Below, one piece after another: positions 1 through 12,395 of a stretch of 64,000 nt of DNA; position 1 is the first letter of the stretch; each line of letters starts with the position of its first letter. The position numbers and the translations under genes were made by a program. The DNA is from Yuukianura sp. NJ FZ-2021 (taxonomy: Eukaryota): positions 10,974,001 to 11,038,000 of the forward strand of contig CM102285.1 in NCBI GenBank assembly GCA_046563655.1, written 5' to 3'. The notes beneath the pieces were generated by a model, which was not told the DNA's origin, ran no database searches, and saw only the letters and a program-made list of their open reading frames with translations.

Positions 1-113
1 ATGTGCCAATCCTTGCAATTGTTTTTGATGTTAACATAATCTCTAGGCCAAACCTTGAATTTCATTAATATTATTAACCTAATAGGTTAGGTTAGGTTAG
101 TTTTTTGCCTTAC

Positions 114-1826
114 TTGTCATGGACGGTAATAATGAAGTCTTTGAAAAGTAAAATGTTAAAATCCACATCTTCGTTTTCTTTTCGATCTTTTACAGAATCT
201 GGAATTAGTCTCAAGGAAAAGAAAGTGTAATGCTTGTAGGCTTCAATTTTCTCTTCAGTATTTCCCTCTCGAATGTCATTAATTGTTAAATCATGCACTC
301 CGTAACTGTTGAAGAGAATTGCAAAGTCTTGTTCATTTGGATCATAGATATTTAGCCAGTAGTTTTTGGCTTTGAGGAGTCCAGCAAAGTCTGGTGAAAG
401 TTTTTCAATCATATCCGATTGGAGGAGATTAGTTTTCTCTGAGAAGTACAAGTATTTAGTAGGACGGAAATGTTTGAACTTGTTGAAATCTAGCGTATTG
501 TTGGCATTGTTATCAAAGGGGACAGTCACAAAGGACGGTATAATTGGAACCTGGAAGAAAAGTAAACAAAAGTTAATTAAAGTTTCATTAAAAGTTGAAA
601 TTATAAACAAAACTGCTCAAATCCATGCTATCAAGCAGGCCAATTCCAAGTACGGGAAAATTTCAAAAGCTTTACCGTTTCTTCGGCTTCGGTAAATTCA
701 ATGTCCAGTCGAGTCGAAGCATCAGTAAAATTTGATTGTCGGTAGACGTTCTGTTCGTCCCGTCCTTTCTTAAGTTTTTCGTAAATTGTAATGACCTCAG
801 TCAAGGCCGTATTTTCAATAGACATTAGCCGAGTCCTTCTGCGTACTCGATTGTGATGAGTTTCCTCTTTCTCAGCAGTTTCCATTTCCTCCGACTAGGA
901 TTTCAAACAAAGAAGCACTTTTAGTATAGTCATTTCCAGCTAGGTTTTTAAAATTTTTTAATGCTGTACTTAAATTGTAGGCGTTAGCTGAAATTACAGC
1001 CAAATTTGTTGGGTAATGCAAACCTTGACGAAAATTAATGGCGATTTCGTAATGGCCATTAGAAATTGAACGATTTTGGCCAATGTTAGCAAACTATGGA
1101 GAAACTTGAGCAATCGGAAGAACTAAAATTTGTCCTTGGAATCTTAGTGCTGTCGCTGGAACACTTTTTTCTGGAAGCATTCACTTTTGAATACTAAACG
1201 CTGCTCTGGAAAATGTTCTAGAAATCCTACAATTCTGGAACGAAAACATTGACGTATCGATAGAAATTAGGAAAGTATCATGTAGTTTCATTCCTTTTTT
1301 TAGAAAAACACTGGATTACGTGACAAATTCGAAATGGATTATAGAGTTTCGTTCGTGATGAGAACGATAGGCATAGAAAATAATGAAGGATACACGTATT
1401 ATCGATGGTACACTCATTAGCAAAACAGAATGGAGTGCTTTTTCCGATGGTTTACCATTACGTAAATCCCTTAGCATGTCAATAATATTTCGCACGTTTT
1501 TTGTTGTTTCTTGCAAACAAAATTTAGTCACTTTTAAAAGTCCTTCAACCTCCTGAATCTGCTCTGAAGGTTTGTTAACCCACATTTTACAACGGAAACT
1601 ATTTTTGCGAAAACTTTGGGAATTTTACCAAAACCGGAGAAGAGGAATAGGCTGCGTTGTCGATTCCGTCTTCTTCAGTTGTTGACATTGCCGAACCACG
1701 GCGGTACCTCGTGTAGTTCCGGATCAAACTGGGGTCAATGTAGTTGTAACTGAAGTGTGGCCTACGAACCATTGTCGGTGACGATAATTGATTAGGCGGT
1801 GATCCATCAGTTATTGAAATTCGCAT
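114..1826 (-). CDS. CorA-family Mg2+ transporter, fungal Alr1/Mnr2-like; 3' part runs off the window; exons 1826-1629, 894-676, 550-114
   Basis: Exon 550-114 encodes YWLNIYDPNEQDFAILFNSYGVHDLTINDIREGNTEEKIEAYKHYTFFSLR...FNILLFKDFIITVH, the CorA funnel-domain pattern W-L-D..P....L...F-G-I-H-P-L-T-x-E-D-I...T-R-E-K-x-E. The two upstream exons join in phase 0 through GT-AG introns (TTG/gtaaaa...tcctag/TCG and ACG/gtaaag...ttccag/GTT). A donor AA/gtaagg follows at 114. The TM helices and GMN motif are not in the window. Confidence 0.8.
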
Positions 1827-2282
1827 TGATTTTAAATTTTTGTTAATGAATTATCTCCTGGATGACTAATCTTGTACTTGTAATTAATTTTGTCCAGAAA
1901 TAACTGAGTCATTGGAAGCACGCGAGCGTGGGCCTAATATAAGGTTGATTTAAGATTAACTATCTAGTAAAGTGCAGAAAATACTGGAGTTTGGAGTGTG
2001 CGTTTCAGTATCACTTGTGTCTAGGTGTGATTCATGAGGGATTGTACTGGATACTGCCAGGTTAATCAAGAATTTGGCAACAACAATGACAACAAAAAGT
2101 CTCTTCTGGATAATAATTACAATAATTTCCACCCATGCAATTTCCTCCTGCTTTGGGCTTCCTCCTAAAAACTATAGTGCTATTTGGTAATCCATTCCTG
2201 GGAAAGTTCCCATGAGCAGTACCAGTAGTTTAGCAGTCTACGGAGATTTGCGATTTAGTTAGTATAGGGATAGGGATGCTTA

Positions 2283-4349
2283 CTACCGCCTATTTTTGTC
2301 CTCTTGTGTGACAATTTTAGCGAATCCAGGATTAATCAAGGTCAGTGCGAATCGTTGTTGCGTTTTTGGCGAGTCCAAGTTAACCTTAAGAGTTAAATTT
2401 AGTACCTGTTTGGCGGAGCTTGGCCGTAAGTTGTTTTGAATGAGCATGCTACGCAGATTTGGAAATTCTGGACAGTGCCTGGAGGATATGATCTTCTCAA
2501 AAAGCACAATCCTGTCAACTTATATTGTTCCAAATTGAATTGTTTAAAGTCTCAAGGATCCCAGTCGTGCGTGACTTGAATGAACAAAATCCTTTTATAT
2601 AATGGTGGACAGAGATAGAATTCTAATGGCCTTTGACATTAAATTGTGTGAAGTTTTAAGAAGAAAGATCAAATTAAAGATTGATTTGTATTTTAAGCGA
2701 TTCTGAGAAGTACTTTTGAATAGAGACAGACGCTGACTCAGGGAAAAAACTAAAAAGACTTCAAACAATTGGACAACCACCAATTTTTTCTGGAACATGA
2801 CCAATGTTTGTGGTTACAAACAAGTATGCTCGTATGGTTATCCCGTGCTTGTTATTTCCTCAAAGATTGTACGAAACTATCCGGAATTTCATTTTTGTAT
2901 ATTTCTTGCTTAATTGTAAAATGTTATAAATTCCATTTCAACTTTACACCTCCAAATTTAAAGGACACGGATAGTATCATCATCATTGTGAATCATAACT
3001 AAAAATTACCTTCTTATGTCGAAATAATTTCCAAGTATTATCTTGTGGCTTTTGGATGTCTGTGTCTGACGTTTGTGCAGGCGGATCTGTGTCGGAAATG
3101 ATCTTTTGAGCTCCATCATGCTCCAAAAGAATTGACAATTTTCGATGCATTTTCTTTTTTGTGAATTGAAATATGTTCTAAAAGTTTTTCCAGAGCTACT
3201 GCCGGATGCAGTGTCAAGATTGAACTGTGAACTGAACTAAATGAATGATTTAGTCTACTAATAAATCGATTTGGAAAACGTGTTTGAGAGTAATGCTGTT
3301 AGGATTTAGTCAGCTCGTTAAGGCACTGACGAGTTCGAATTTGAACTACACTTGGAATTAGGTAACGACTAAAATTGGTTACCACATTTTTCGACAAGGC
3401 AAATATTAGTTTAGACTTGTAGGTTTTCAAATGATAAGAGGTCGTTTTATAGCATATCCAGAAAGGAAGAAAATGGTTTTACGTCCGCGGTTTCAGGCGA
3501 AGCATAGGGTTAGGGTATGGATTGCTTAAGTAACCAACGCTTCACATCTTCATTATAATCTGAAGTGCCGACTAATCCTAAACTAACTTTGCCCATCAAC
3601 AATTCGTAAATTGTCGAATACGCAAATACTGATGCTGGACATTCACATTGAGCAGAATAAGATTCGTTCCAGTTTGACGTTTTGTTTAAGATTTCGCATT
3701 TCGCCTCGGATGACTGCGATTTAGTTTTTTAACATAATAGAAATTTAACACATTTCATTATTGTCTAAAGAATTATATGAACTTACGAAATCCGGGGTGC
3801 CTGGACAAGCCATACACGCCTTCGGGTAGTATTGTCTAACGGTTCTTGCAGGGGCAACCGTGAGAACCATACTTTCCAACACAGTTTGATGGGATGGACT
3901 GACGTCTTCAGTTTTGTAATGAAGAACAATGTTTGATTTAAGAAGCACTTCACTCTGTGACGCAAGTAATTTGAAGATGAGTGTTGTTCTTATGGAGTTG
4001 TGTACACTGAAACTAATTTGGTAGTGATCAGTTATTTTTCTGTTTAAGCGACACTCCAGGATCCACTTAAAACTAACTTTTCCAACTTTTCGGAAGGTAT
4101 TTTCTGACAAATTTGAAACTGGATTACTCTGTTCAGTTGAAATAGTTAAGTCCAGGATGCGTTAATTCGCTTGGTTAGACTGGGAAATTCCACTGCTGTA
4201 TTCGTTAAGGAGAAGCGATGAAATAATGTCCAAATTAGGAGAACTTGTAATCACCAATTAATCGGTCCACGCAATTCCACGGAGAAAGTTGTTTTAATTA
4301 GTAAATTTCCACTTAATTGCTGCATGCTTCTGATGAAACTTATTGACAT
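2283..4349 (-). pseudogene. Possible decayed coding sequence(s) with LRR-like fragments (F-box/LRR-like relic)
   Basis: ORF pieces 2804-2595 and 2507-2283 share a frame separated by stops. Segment 4349-3783 is one frame with several stops. Fragments EFPSLTK, LEKLVLSGSW and EFPNLRSMLI resemble LxxLxL repeats. An ATG-to-donor exon lies at 3150-3010. No family can be named. Confidence 0.3.
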
Positions 4350-4420
4350 AGATCTAATCTTCTAGGAATACCTATTCAATTCTAAACAAGTTAGTGATTA
4401 CAAAAAAAACAACCTCTTAC

Positions 4421-4808
4421 TCAGAGCGTGCAAGCGGGTTCACTTTTCCGCTAAAAGTCCGGACTTCGATCCTAAGCGGACTTGAGTGCAAAAAGTCCGG
4501 ACTGGTCTGGACTCAAAGGTTTCCGGTTTAAGATTGATTGATTTCGACTATTAGTTGGCAATAGGACGGCAATACAAGTCGATGTATTGCCATATTAGAT
4601 TTTATGTGAAATTGCTGCAACCGATGTTTCAAAAGCGTGGATAAAACCTCTTTAGGCGTTCAGAAGTTCGTTTCCTACAAAATAGTTCGGCTTAGACCGG
4701 CTCCAATACAGTCCAATCCTGGACTTCCAGTTCGGACTTGAGGCCAAATAAACTCCGGTTTTTAAAATTCCAGGTAAAAAGTCTAGGACTTGTACCTGCA
4801 TGCCCCAC
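4421..4808. repeat. Degenerate short element with reiterated (AGT)CCGGACT / GGACT motifs clustered at both ends
   Basis: AAAAGTCCGGACT occurs twice near 4453-4503, and several GGACT variants occur at 4720-4790. No convincing TIR or TSD. Confidence 0.25.
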
Positions 4809-6088
4809 TTGTACTAATTGAGGTACTCGTACTTATTGAACTTTATCTGACATTTTTAGACCTAATGCGTGGTCATCAGATTTGTGGATGATCATCATCT
4901 CATAGTTTGTGGAGCTGCGAATATTATAAAATTGAGGTCAAACGCCATTCGCTGATTGTCTGATTTTCTGCTGAACATTTTCTGTTTTTAGTTGAGTGGG
5001 TTTTTCATGGTGGCGATAGTTGAAACGAAATAACTATCAAAATTCCCTTCCTTGGCTTGGCGTTGGCAGAGAAAAGTTGAAGAGAAAGCAATGCAAGGAT
5101 TCGAAAACACTCAAACTTCAACTGATTTCTGACGATAGTGTTGAAGGAATATTTTGGTTGACCTTTGGCACGTAGGAAACCCCTCCAACAGAATATCCAA
5201 CCCAAAGAAAGCTTCTATTTTCGTAACGGAGAAAGTTCAATAACAAAACAGAAATTAATTTTGTTTCACAACTAGTGTATGAATAGTGATTGCAGCGTCA
5301 CTTGTCGATTGGCGATGATATGTGATACTGTTAAATTACTGTGATGTTTTTAGCATCTTGAGCGATCAAAATGACCTTGCCTTTCTACTAGTCTAATTCT
5401 ATAATAATTATAAAGTGTAATAATAAATTAAGCTGTCGTATGGTCGGTGTGAAATGTGGTATTGTAACCTGTCACCTCAACGAACATGAATTGAATTAAC
5501 TGTAAATTGTCCATTCTTGATTAATTTTTGTCAAACTAATGTTAACACTTGACGCCTCACACTTTTTCATAAATTATTGGGTTCTGACGGATATTGTACA
5601 TGGCACCAACGCTTCCACTTCATCCGGTTTACGGCGTAACTTCCTACAACATCTTTCAAATTATGATGGCGGGAAAATTTACTTTGATCTTTGGCACTTA
5701 TGTTTTTTTTTTTTAAAGTTCACGTTCACTCACTGGTTCACGGGATTATCCGAAAACTGAAACCGAAGCTACTAAATAGTACTGCTGAGGAGAAGAGGAC
5801 TGAAACTGACTACTGGTACTGGGCCAGCAGTACTGGCTGGCATCATCTGACAAAACAAGCACAAACACTAACCTAAACTAAGAAAAGGAAACTAGTAGTA
5901 AGGCCAAAAACAAAACACAACAAATTACATCGTTTGCGTTAGAGGCTGATTGATTAAAAAGGTAAAGTAGTACATTTATTCATTGTAACTTACATTTATT
6001 ATTGATTACTTTTCTAGATTGGATTGGGATTGGATTGACATAACGCGAATTGGGGTCAGAGAAGCTAGTACTAGTGCCGGCGGGAGAC

Positions 6089-6956
6089 ATGTCGCCTGTG
6101 AAATACATTGGTCGGCGTTCTGCGAGTTTTGGAAAGCCACTTTGGGAAATTGTGCTGAACTTGAAGGAATTCGGAAAAGGAAGGATAGTTCAAAGGACAC
6201 GATACACTCAAGTGTATCCAGATGAACCCACTTTCTACCGTATCCTGCGTGTGGAGCCGCATAACATCGAATATCCACCGGTATGGATGTTTATATAAAA
6301 TCTGGATAGGAAATCAGCTTTCATTCACTTAAGTTGATTGACGCATTTAACGAAACAGTTATTTCTAAATAGGGGAGAATGCTGGGGAACATTTGGACCG
6401 AAGTTACTTTCCGGGGACGAAAATATGATGAACCGCTCAATTTGGGAAGTGTAGGTTTTACGGATGATTTTCAGTTGATACCAAAACACGAAGAAGACGA
6501 ATTTTGTAATCGTGGACGCAAGCATGTTACGCCAATACACATCCTGCCGCGGACAGCTCCATTTCCGCCTCTCTGGGAAGTAAGTTGAAAAGCAGCAAGT
6601 GTCATTGTATGTAAGGTTGCTCAGGAATTTAAGTACTGACAGGAAGAATATAAGTGTTACTACTTAGGTGAACGATGTTTTTTTTTCAGGAATTATTGCG
6701 AAGGCAGCAAGCCAAATCCAATAGCGGAAAGGCTCCACCGAAGATTCCGGAGTTACCGCTGGTTTATAATTTCGATGGGAATCCATTGAAGAAAGTTGCA
6801 GCCGAAGGGGAGGAGCCAACAGTAAAGATTACGACGGAACATACCAGACCTCGTTGTCCAGAATTATACGAAGGAGTCATTTTCGACAGAGCTGAAGCGA
6901 GTGAAGTCTTCGCAAAGCTCCACAATTCTAGAAAATATCCCTCAAATGCACAATAG
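6089..6956 (+). CDS. mRpS34: Mitochondrial ribosomal protein S34 (mS34), 221 aa; exons 6089-6280, 6373-6579, 6690-6956
   Basis: MSPVKYIGRRSASFGKPLWEIVLNLKEFGKGRIVQR...YPDEPTFYRILRV...WTEVTFRG...DDFQLIPKHEE...ILPRTAPFPPLWEELL matches the mS34 pattern. Both introns are GT-AG, phase 0. Confidence 0.92.
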
Positions 6957-7512
6957 GAATTCATGTTTACGGTTAGACAGCTTTTGAAGTAAAAACAAAC
7001 TTTTCAGTTGATTCATTTTTTTTTATTGAAGAGTCTAATACTAATTATTTTTTCTTTCTTATTTAAGTGAGATGCGTACGCTGTGTCTTATTGGAATTTT
7101 TTGGTGGCGCTCGCTTCACGTTTCACATTGGGGAATTGCGGGAAAACGTACTTGCCGTTCAAAATTTTAGAAGTGAGAATCAGATGTCACGTCACACTTC
7201 AACTCCAGTCTCAAAGAATTACAGAAATCATCAGCAGGTTTGAATTTACAAACTTCAGTAGTACAATTTTAATTTCTTTTCCACTCCACGTCCAGTCCAC
7301 ACAGACAAAGAGTGGAAACTCAAAGTAGTCACTAATCACTTCATTGTTTGCTTTAGTCTAATTTTAGTAAAACACGTATTTTTCGGTTTGATTGTTTTGC
7401 AGAGCAAAAGTTGTAGATTTGAACTTCGAAGAATCAGTGGCCCCAAATCGTGTAGCACAGCAGTGAGTGGCGTACAAGTAGAACAAAAACAAAGGTTGAA
7501 AGCCGTTTCACA

Positions 7513-9572
7513 ATGAATGCGGACATTGTTGATTCATTCCGACCATCTCGTGACGATATTAGTAATTGGTGGAATAATGTGCTAAGAAGTCCACGACATG
7601 TCGTTGCTCCAATGGTAGATGCTTCAGAACTTCCCTGGAGGATGCTGTCACGCAGGTAATTCGTTTCTTTACTAATCTCCTTTCAAGACTCTTGAATCAA
7701 GACTGACATGTGTTTGACTTTAATTTATAGATACGCGTCGGATTTATGCTATACGCCGATGATTCACTCCAAGAATTTCGTCAGAGGTAACTCAATTGAC
7801 ATTTGAAATTGTGTACTTCGTTCAACTTACCATGCAGGACTTCGTTAGTTCACCTTTAGTATCAGAAAGAAACGTATTCATAATAAGACAGCGATTATAT
7901 AAGGTTTCGATAACTTTCAGATGTCACTTACCGGAATGAGTGTCTGAATGCCTGCAAATGTCTGGAAGACAGACCACTGATCGTGCAGGTTCGTTCTATC
8001 GCAAGAAAAATGTGGTGGTTTCACTTTATTGTAGAAAGTATAATCATTTTATTTATCTTTAGTTTTGTGGAAATGACCCGCAAGTTATTGCTGACGCTGC
8101 AAAATACGTTAAGGGTTACTGTGATGGAATAGATATTAACCTGGGATGTCCACAGAAGATAGCAAAAAACGGTCGTTACGGTGCATATTTACAAAACGAA
8201 TGGGAACTCATCGCTAGCCTTGGTAAGTTTATCAAATTATCGCCAATGGAGAGATTGAAAGACTTGAACACAATGTTTGTGATTTCAATTATCGTTTTTT
8301 TTTTTGAAGTCCAGAGCATAAACAATGTCGGGATTCCAGTCAGTTGCAAAATTCGGAGATTTGATGACATTGAAAGGACAGTTCAATACGCTAAGATGAT
8401 TGAAGCTGCCGGTTGCTGGATGCTCACTGTCCATGGCCGAACAATAAACCAAAAGGGAAATATGACGGGCCTCGCGGACTGGAGTTACATCAAAGCTGTG
8501 AAGTATTAAATACTTTTCTTAAATGACTATGTCCTCGTCTCCTTTCTTCAGAATGTTATATTTTGCGTTTTCTCTGCTTTTAGAGATGCCGTTTCAATAC
8601 CTGTGATTGCGAATGGAAACATTCAGTACCTGAATGATGTTGAGAGATGCATCGATGTCACTGGAGTCAATGGAGTGATGTCAGCAGAAGGTTCCCTTCA
8701 CAACCCTGCAATATTCTCTGGTTTACAGCCATTCGTTTGGGAAATGGCCACAGAATATCTAGAACTTGTCAAAACCTACCCATGTCCAATCTCATACGTT
8801 AGGGGCCACCTATTCAAAATATTCCATCACTTGTAAGATTTTTTCTACAAAATTCTGTTCTCACAATTTAGTAGCAGTGTTCCTGGATGCTAAAATGTCA
8901 CTGATCATTTGGTTTAGATTGGTACTGGAGCGGAACTTCGACTTGAGGGATGCCTTAGCAAAAGGTTTCACTTTGGAATCTTTTGAAGACGTTACAACGA
9001 AGCTGAAGCAGCGATATGAAGTATTTGCGACGGGCGTCGAGCAGTGGATCGCTCCCGAGAATCATCGCGTATCGAGCCTTCCATTTTCGCCATGGATTTG
9101 TCAGCCCTATGAGCGCCCACCGCCGCCTCCAGCCGATAATTCGCAGCAGGAACAGTCAGTGACAATCGACAATCGAGTCCCTTCTACTAAGGCGGATCTT
9201 CCCAAACTTTCCTCAAAGAAAAGCTGGAAAAAATTGGCCAAACAGAATCGTATACTAATGAGGAAACCGGAACGTAACAATAAGAGACTTGGACAGTCAC
9301 TGTGTGAAAATTCGGATTGCCCAAACATTTCAGTAAGTTACTCTTTTACAAGAAATGCCGAGTTTGCAAACCAAGATTGATCTAATTTATGGTTCAAAAC
9401 ACTTGCTTTTCAGGGTAGCAAATGTGTCATGAAACTATGCCGACGTTGCTGCAAGGAGAAGTGTAACGAAGATATATTAGACTGTGAGGGACATCACATC
9501 TTTGTCAAAAACGTCAAACCAACAAAGATTCGCCGGGAAGATTACACAGAAGTCGGAGTAGTTGCCAATTAA
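7513..9572 (+). CDS. DUS1L: tRNA-dihydrouridine(16/17) synthase 1-like; exons 7513-7655, 7731-7786, 7921-7988, 8063-8222, 8310-8502, 8584-8832, 8918-9332, 9414-9572
   Basis: Dus motifs [47 protein letters not shown] (catalytic Cys), VSCKIR, LTVHGRT and VIANGNI are present. The C-terminal Cys cluster CxNxxGxKC..LCRRCC...DCEGH is typical of DUS1L. All seven introns are GT-AG and phase-compatible. AATAAA at 9684-9689. Confidence 0.95.
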
Positions 9573-9832
9573 TTAGAAAATAATACTGCGACGATAATTT
9601 TGATAACTACCGTTATTACTGCGTTTTGATTTAAGATTTTGAATTCCGTCGGTTACATCTATTGTGGTCCTTTAAACCAGAAAAATAAATTCCACTGCGG
9701 GTGCAGCGATGAAATGCTGAAATTCAAGTTGTTTTGCGCTAGTTTGAAGAATTTAAGCGAATTGAATTGGCGAAACTGGTGTGTGGTGTGTTTTGAAGAG
9801 CGCAGAGATTCGCTTTGGAATTTGTTCTACTT

Positions 9833-11681
9833 AAAAAGTTGAATTTTTTAAACAATTTCTTGATCCGAAAGAATCTCCAGGTTCTAATGTGCAAGCGTGG
9901 ATTTGTGAGAATTGAGATAGGGGATTGTACAAAGCAAAGCGGCGGATAGGAAGGCTCCTCTGTTGGAGTTTTTCCCACAAAACTCCAGCGGCGGCAAAAG
10001 GTGGAGAAAGGTGAGGAGCCTTTCTGGACCGTACGATCCCCTTGCAGCTCCGGACACTTTTGAAACTGACTCCCCTACTTCCCCTTGTTAAATCTCTTTC
10101 AGAAAATTTCAAAAAATCAAAAACTTTAAAAATTCATATCTCGCGAACGGAAAGCGATAAAAAGCTAATCTCTTCGCGAGTCAACTTTAAAAAATGTAAA
10201 GAATAGTTTAAAATTTTAAAAATTAAAAAAAAAAAAATTCGAAAAAAAAATTTGAGAAATTCGTCGGAAACTATTGTTCGCTTTTAATCTCTTTTAAAAC
10301 TTAAAAAATACCTAATAGTACGTTGTTCTGAATTCAGCAGTGAAGAGATCTCGCAAATAATACATTCCGATCGCGAGATATGAATTTTGAAACTTTTTGA
10401 TTTTTGAAATGTTTTGTATGGAAATAAGTTTGAATGGACGAAAAAGTTGAGGGATTAATCCATTCAAAAGTCATCACTTTTCGACTCAACTTTTTCACTC
10501 CCACACAAACACCCTCATTTTTCGGTCGTTTTTAACTTCGAAAAATTTCAGCTTTGCAGCGATTTCTGTGGCTCCAGCGCTCGGATCTAGTCATCCGACA
10601 TCGTCCTAAACAATTTGATGCAAAAATTTTAAAAAACAAAAAACAAGAAGTATAGAAAAAAAACACAGCATCAAAATTTTGACAGCTTTAGGGTGCTTTT
10701 TAGAATTTTTTAAGAATTCTACACATTTTTCTGAATTCAGGTGTGAAAAGCTTAATTCTCTATGTCTTTCCGTTAAAAAGTTATGAATTTTTAAAGTTTT
10801 TTGAATTTTGAAATTAAGTTTGAATGGGCGAAAAAGTTGAGGGATTAGCCCATTCAAAAGTCTTCACTCTCCGACTCAACTTTTTCATCCCCTCCAAACA
10901 CTCATTTTTAGCAGTTTTTAACGTCGAAAATTTTCCACTTTGCAGCGATTTCTGTGGCTCCAGCGCTCGGATCTAGTCATACGACATCGTCCTAAACAAT
11001 TTGATGCCAAAATTTCAAAAAATAAAAAACGAGAAGTACAGAAAAAAAGCACACCATCAAAATTTTGACAGCTTTAGGGTGCTTTTTAGATCCAAACACT
11101 CATTTTTAGCAGTTTTTAACGTCGAAAATTTTCCACTTTGCAGCGATTTCTGTGGCTCCAGCGCTCGGATCTAGTCATACGACATCGTCCTAAACAATTT
11201 GATGCCAAAATTTCAAAAAATAAAAAACGAGAAGTACAGAAAAAAAGCACACCATCAAAATTTTGACAGCTTTAGGGTGCTTTTTAGAATTTTTTAAAAA
11301 TTCTACACATTTTTCTGAATTCAGGCTCGAAGAGTTTAGCTTTCTATCGTTTTCTATTCGAAAGTTATGAATTTTCAAAGTTTTTCGAAGTTTTTGATTT
11401 TTTGAAATTTTCTGAAAGAGATTTAACAAGGGGAAGTAGGGGAGTCAGTTTCAAAAGTGTCCGGAGCTGCAAGGGGATCGTACGGTCCAGAAAGGCTCCT
11501 CACCTTTCTCAACTTTTTGCCGCCGCTGGACTTTTGTGGGAAAAAATCCAACAGAGGAGCCTTCCTATCCGCCGCTTTGCTTTGTACAATCCCCTATCTC
11601 AATTCTCACAAATCCACGCTTGCACATTAGAACCTGGAGATTCTTTCGGATCAAGAAATTGTTTAAAAAATTCAACTTTTT
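9833..11681. mobile_element. Non-autonomous foldback-type DNA element with ~290-bp near-identical TIRs and internal ~400-bp direct repeats
   Basis: 9833-~10125 is the reverse complement of ~11389-11681 with a few mismatches, and weaker inverted similarity extends about 100 bp further in. The interior holds repeated units (TTTGCAGCGATTTCTGTGGCTCCAGCGCTCGGATCTAGTCAT three times). No transposase and no clear TSD. Confidence 0.85.
10893..11288. repeat. 198-bp tandem duplication inside the foldback element
   Basis: 10893-11090 and 11091-11288 both run TCCAAACACTCATTTTTAGCAG...GGGTGCTTTTTAGA and look identical by eye. Confidence 0.9.
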
Positions 11682-12395
11682 TAGCATTTATGATAATTAA
11701 TACGGAGGCTCCAGTTGTAAAACAGTATTTTACGTAATATTGGAGTTAATTAAAGGAAACTCGTAGTTTTTAATCGCAGTCCCAGGTTAAAATAATAACA
11801 ATTCGCAAGTAATTTCGTAATCAACTGCGGCTTGATTTTTTATTCACATATTCCACGCGAGGTTTCTTTTTAATATAAAACAGTTTTGAACAACAAGGAA
11901 ATTAAAGTGCTAGCGTCGTCAGTATGGTATGTTTCACAACCAATAATTTAAACTACAAACGACTCACTGGTAAAATTTTACGCTTCAAATGCAATTTAAA
12001 TTGACTAAATTCTGAGCTAAATCTGAGTCCTTAGTTGTAAGTTATGAATGAGTCGTAACAAAAGTCAGGTTATTAAATGGAGGTAGTAGTTTAAGTTTAG
12101 TGTTTAAACCTGAGACATTCAGAAAAAACAGTTCTTAAAAAAAGTCTGATTCCATATTGTAAAAATCGGTAACAAAATGTTAACTAAAACCGTAAAGTAA
12201 CCTGAGCAGTATCGAGTTTGTCTTAATTTTAACAATCTGAATCAATAATTTATTAGTAACTATAACTATTTAGCCACCAAGAACGGTCAACTGTTGTCTA
12301 AAAGTCATCTTTGTAAGCGGGCTTTCAACAATTTGGAAATCCTTCTTTTCAAGACGCTCGTTCTAAAAAAAAACAGGACTGGAGTAGGTAGCCGC

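Noticed and set aside
84..100. (TTAGG)n arthropod telomere-like repeat
   Set aside because: Only about three units inside an intron. Too short to call an interstitial telomere.
9831..11737. Near-identical ORF pair MKFSERDLTRGSRG... on opposite strands, plus paired ORFs 10606-10857 and 11190-11429
   Set aside because: They are by-products of the TIRs and internal repeats, with no transposase motifs.
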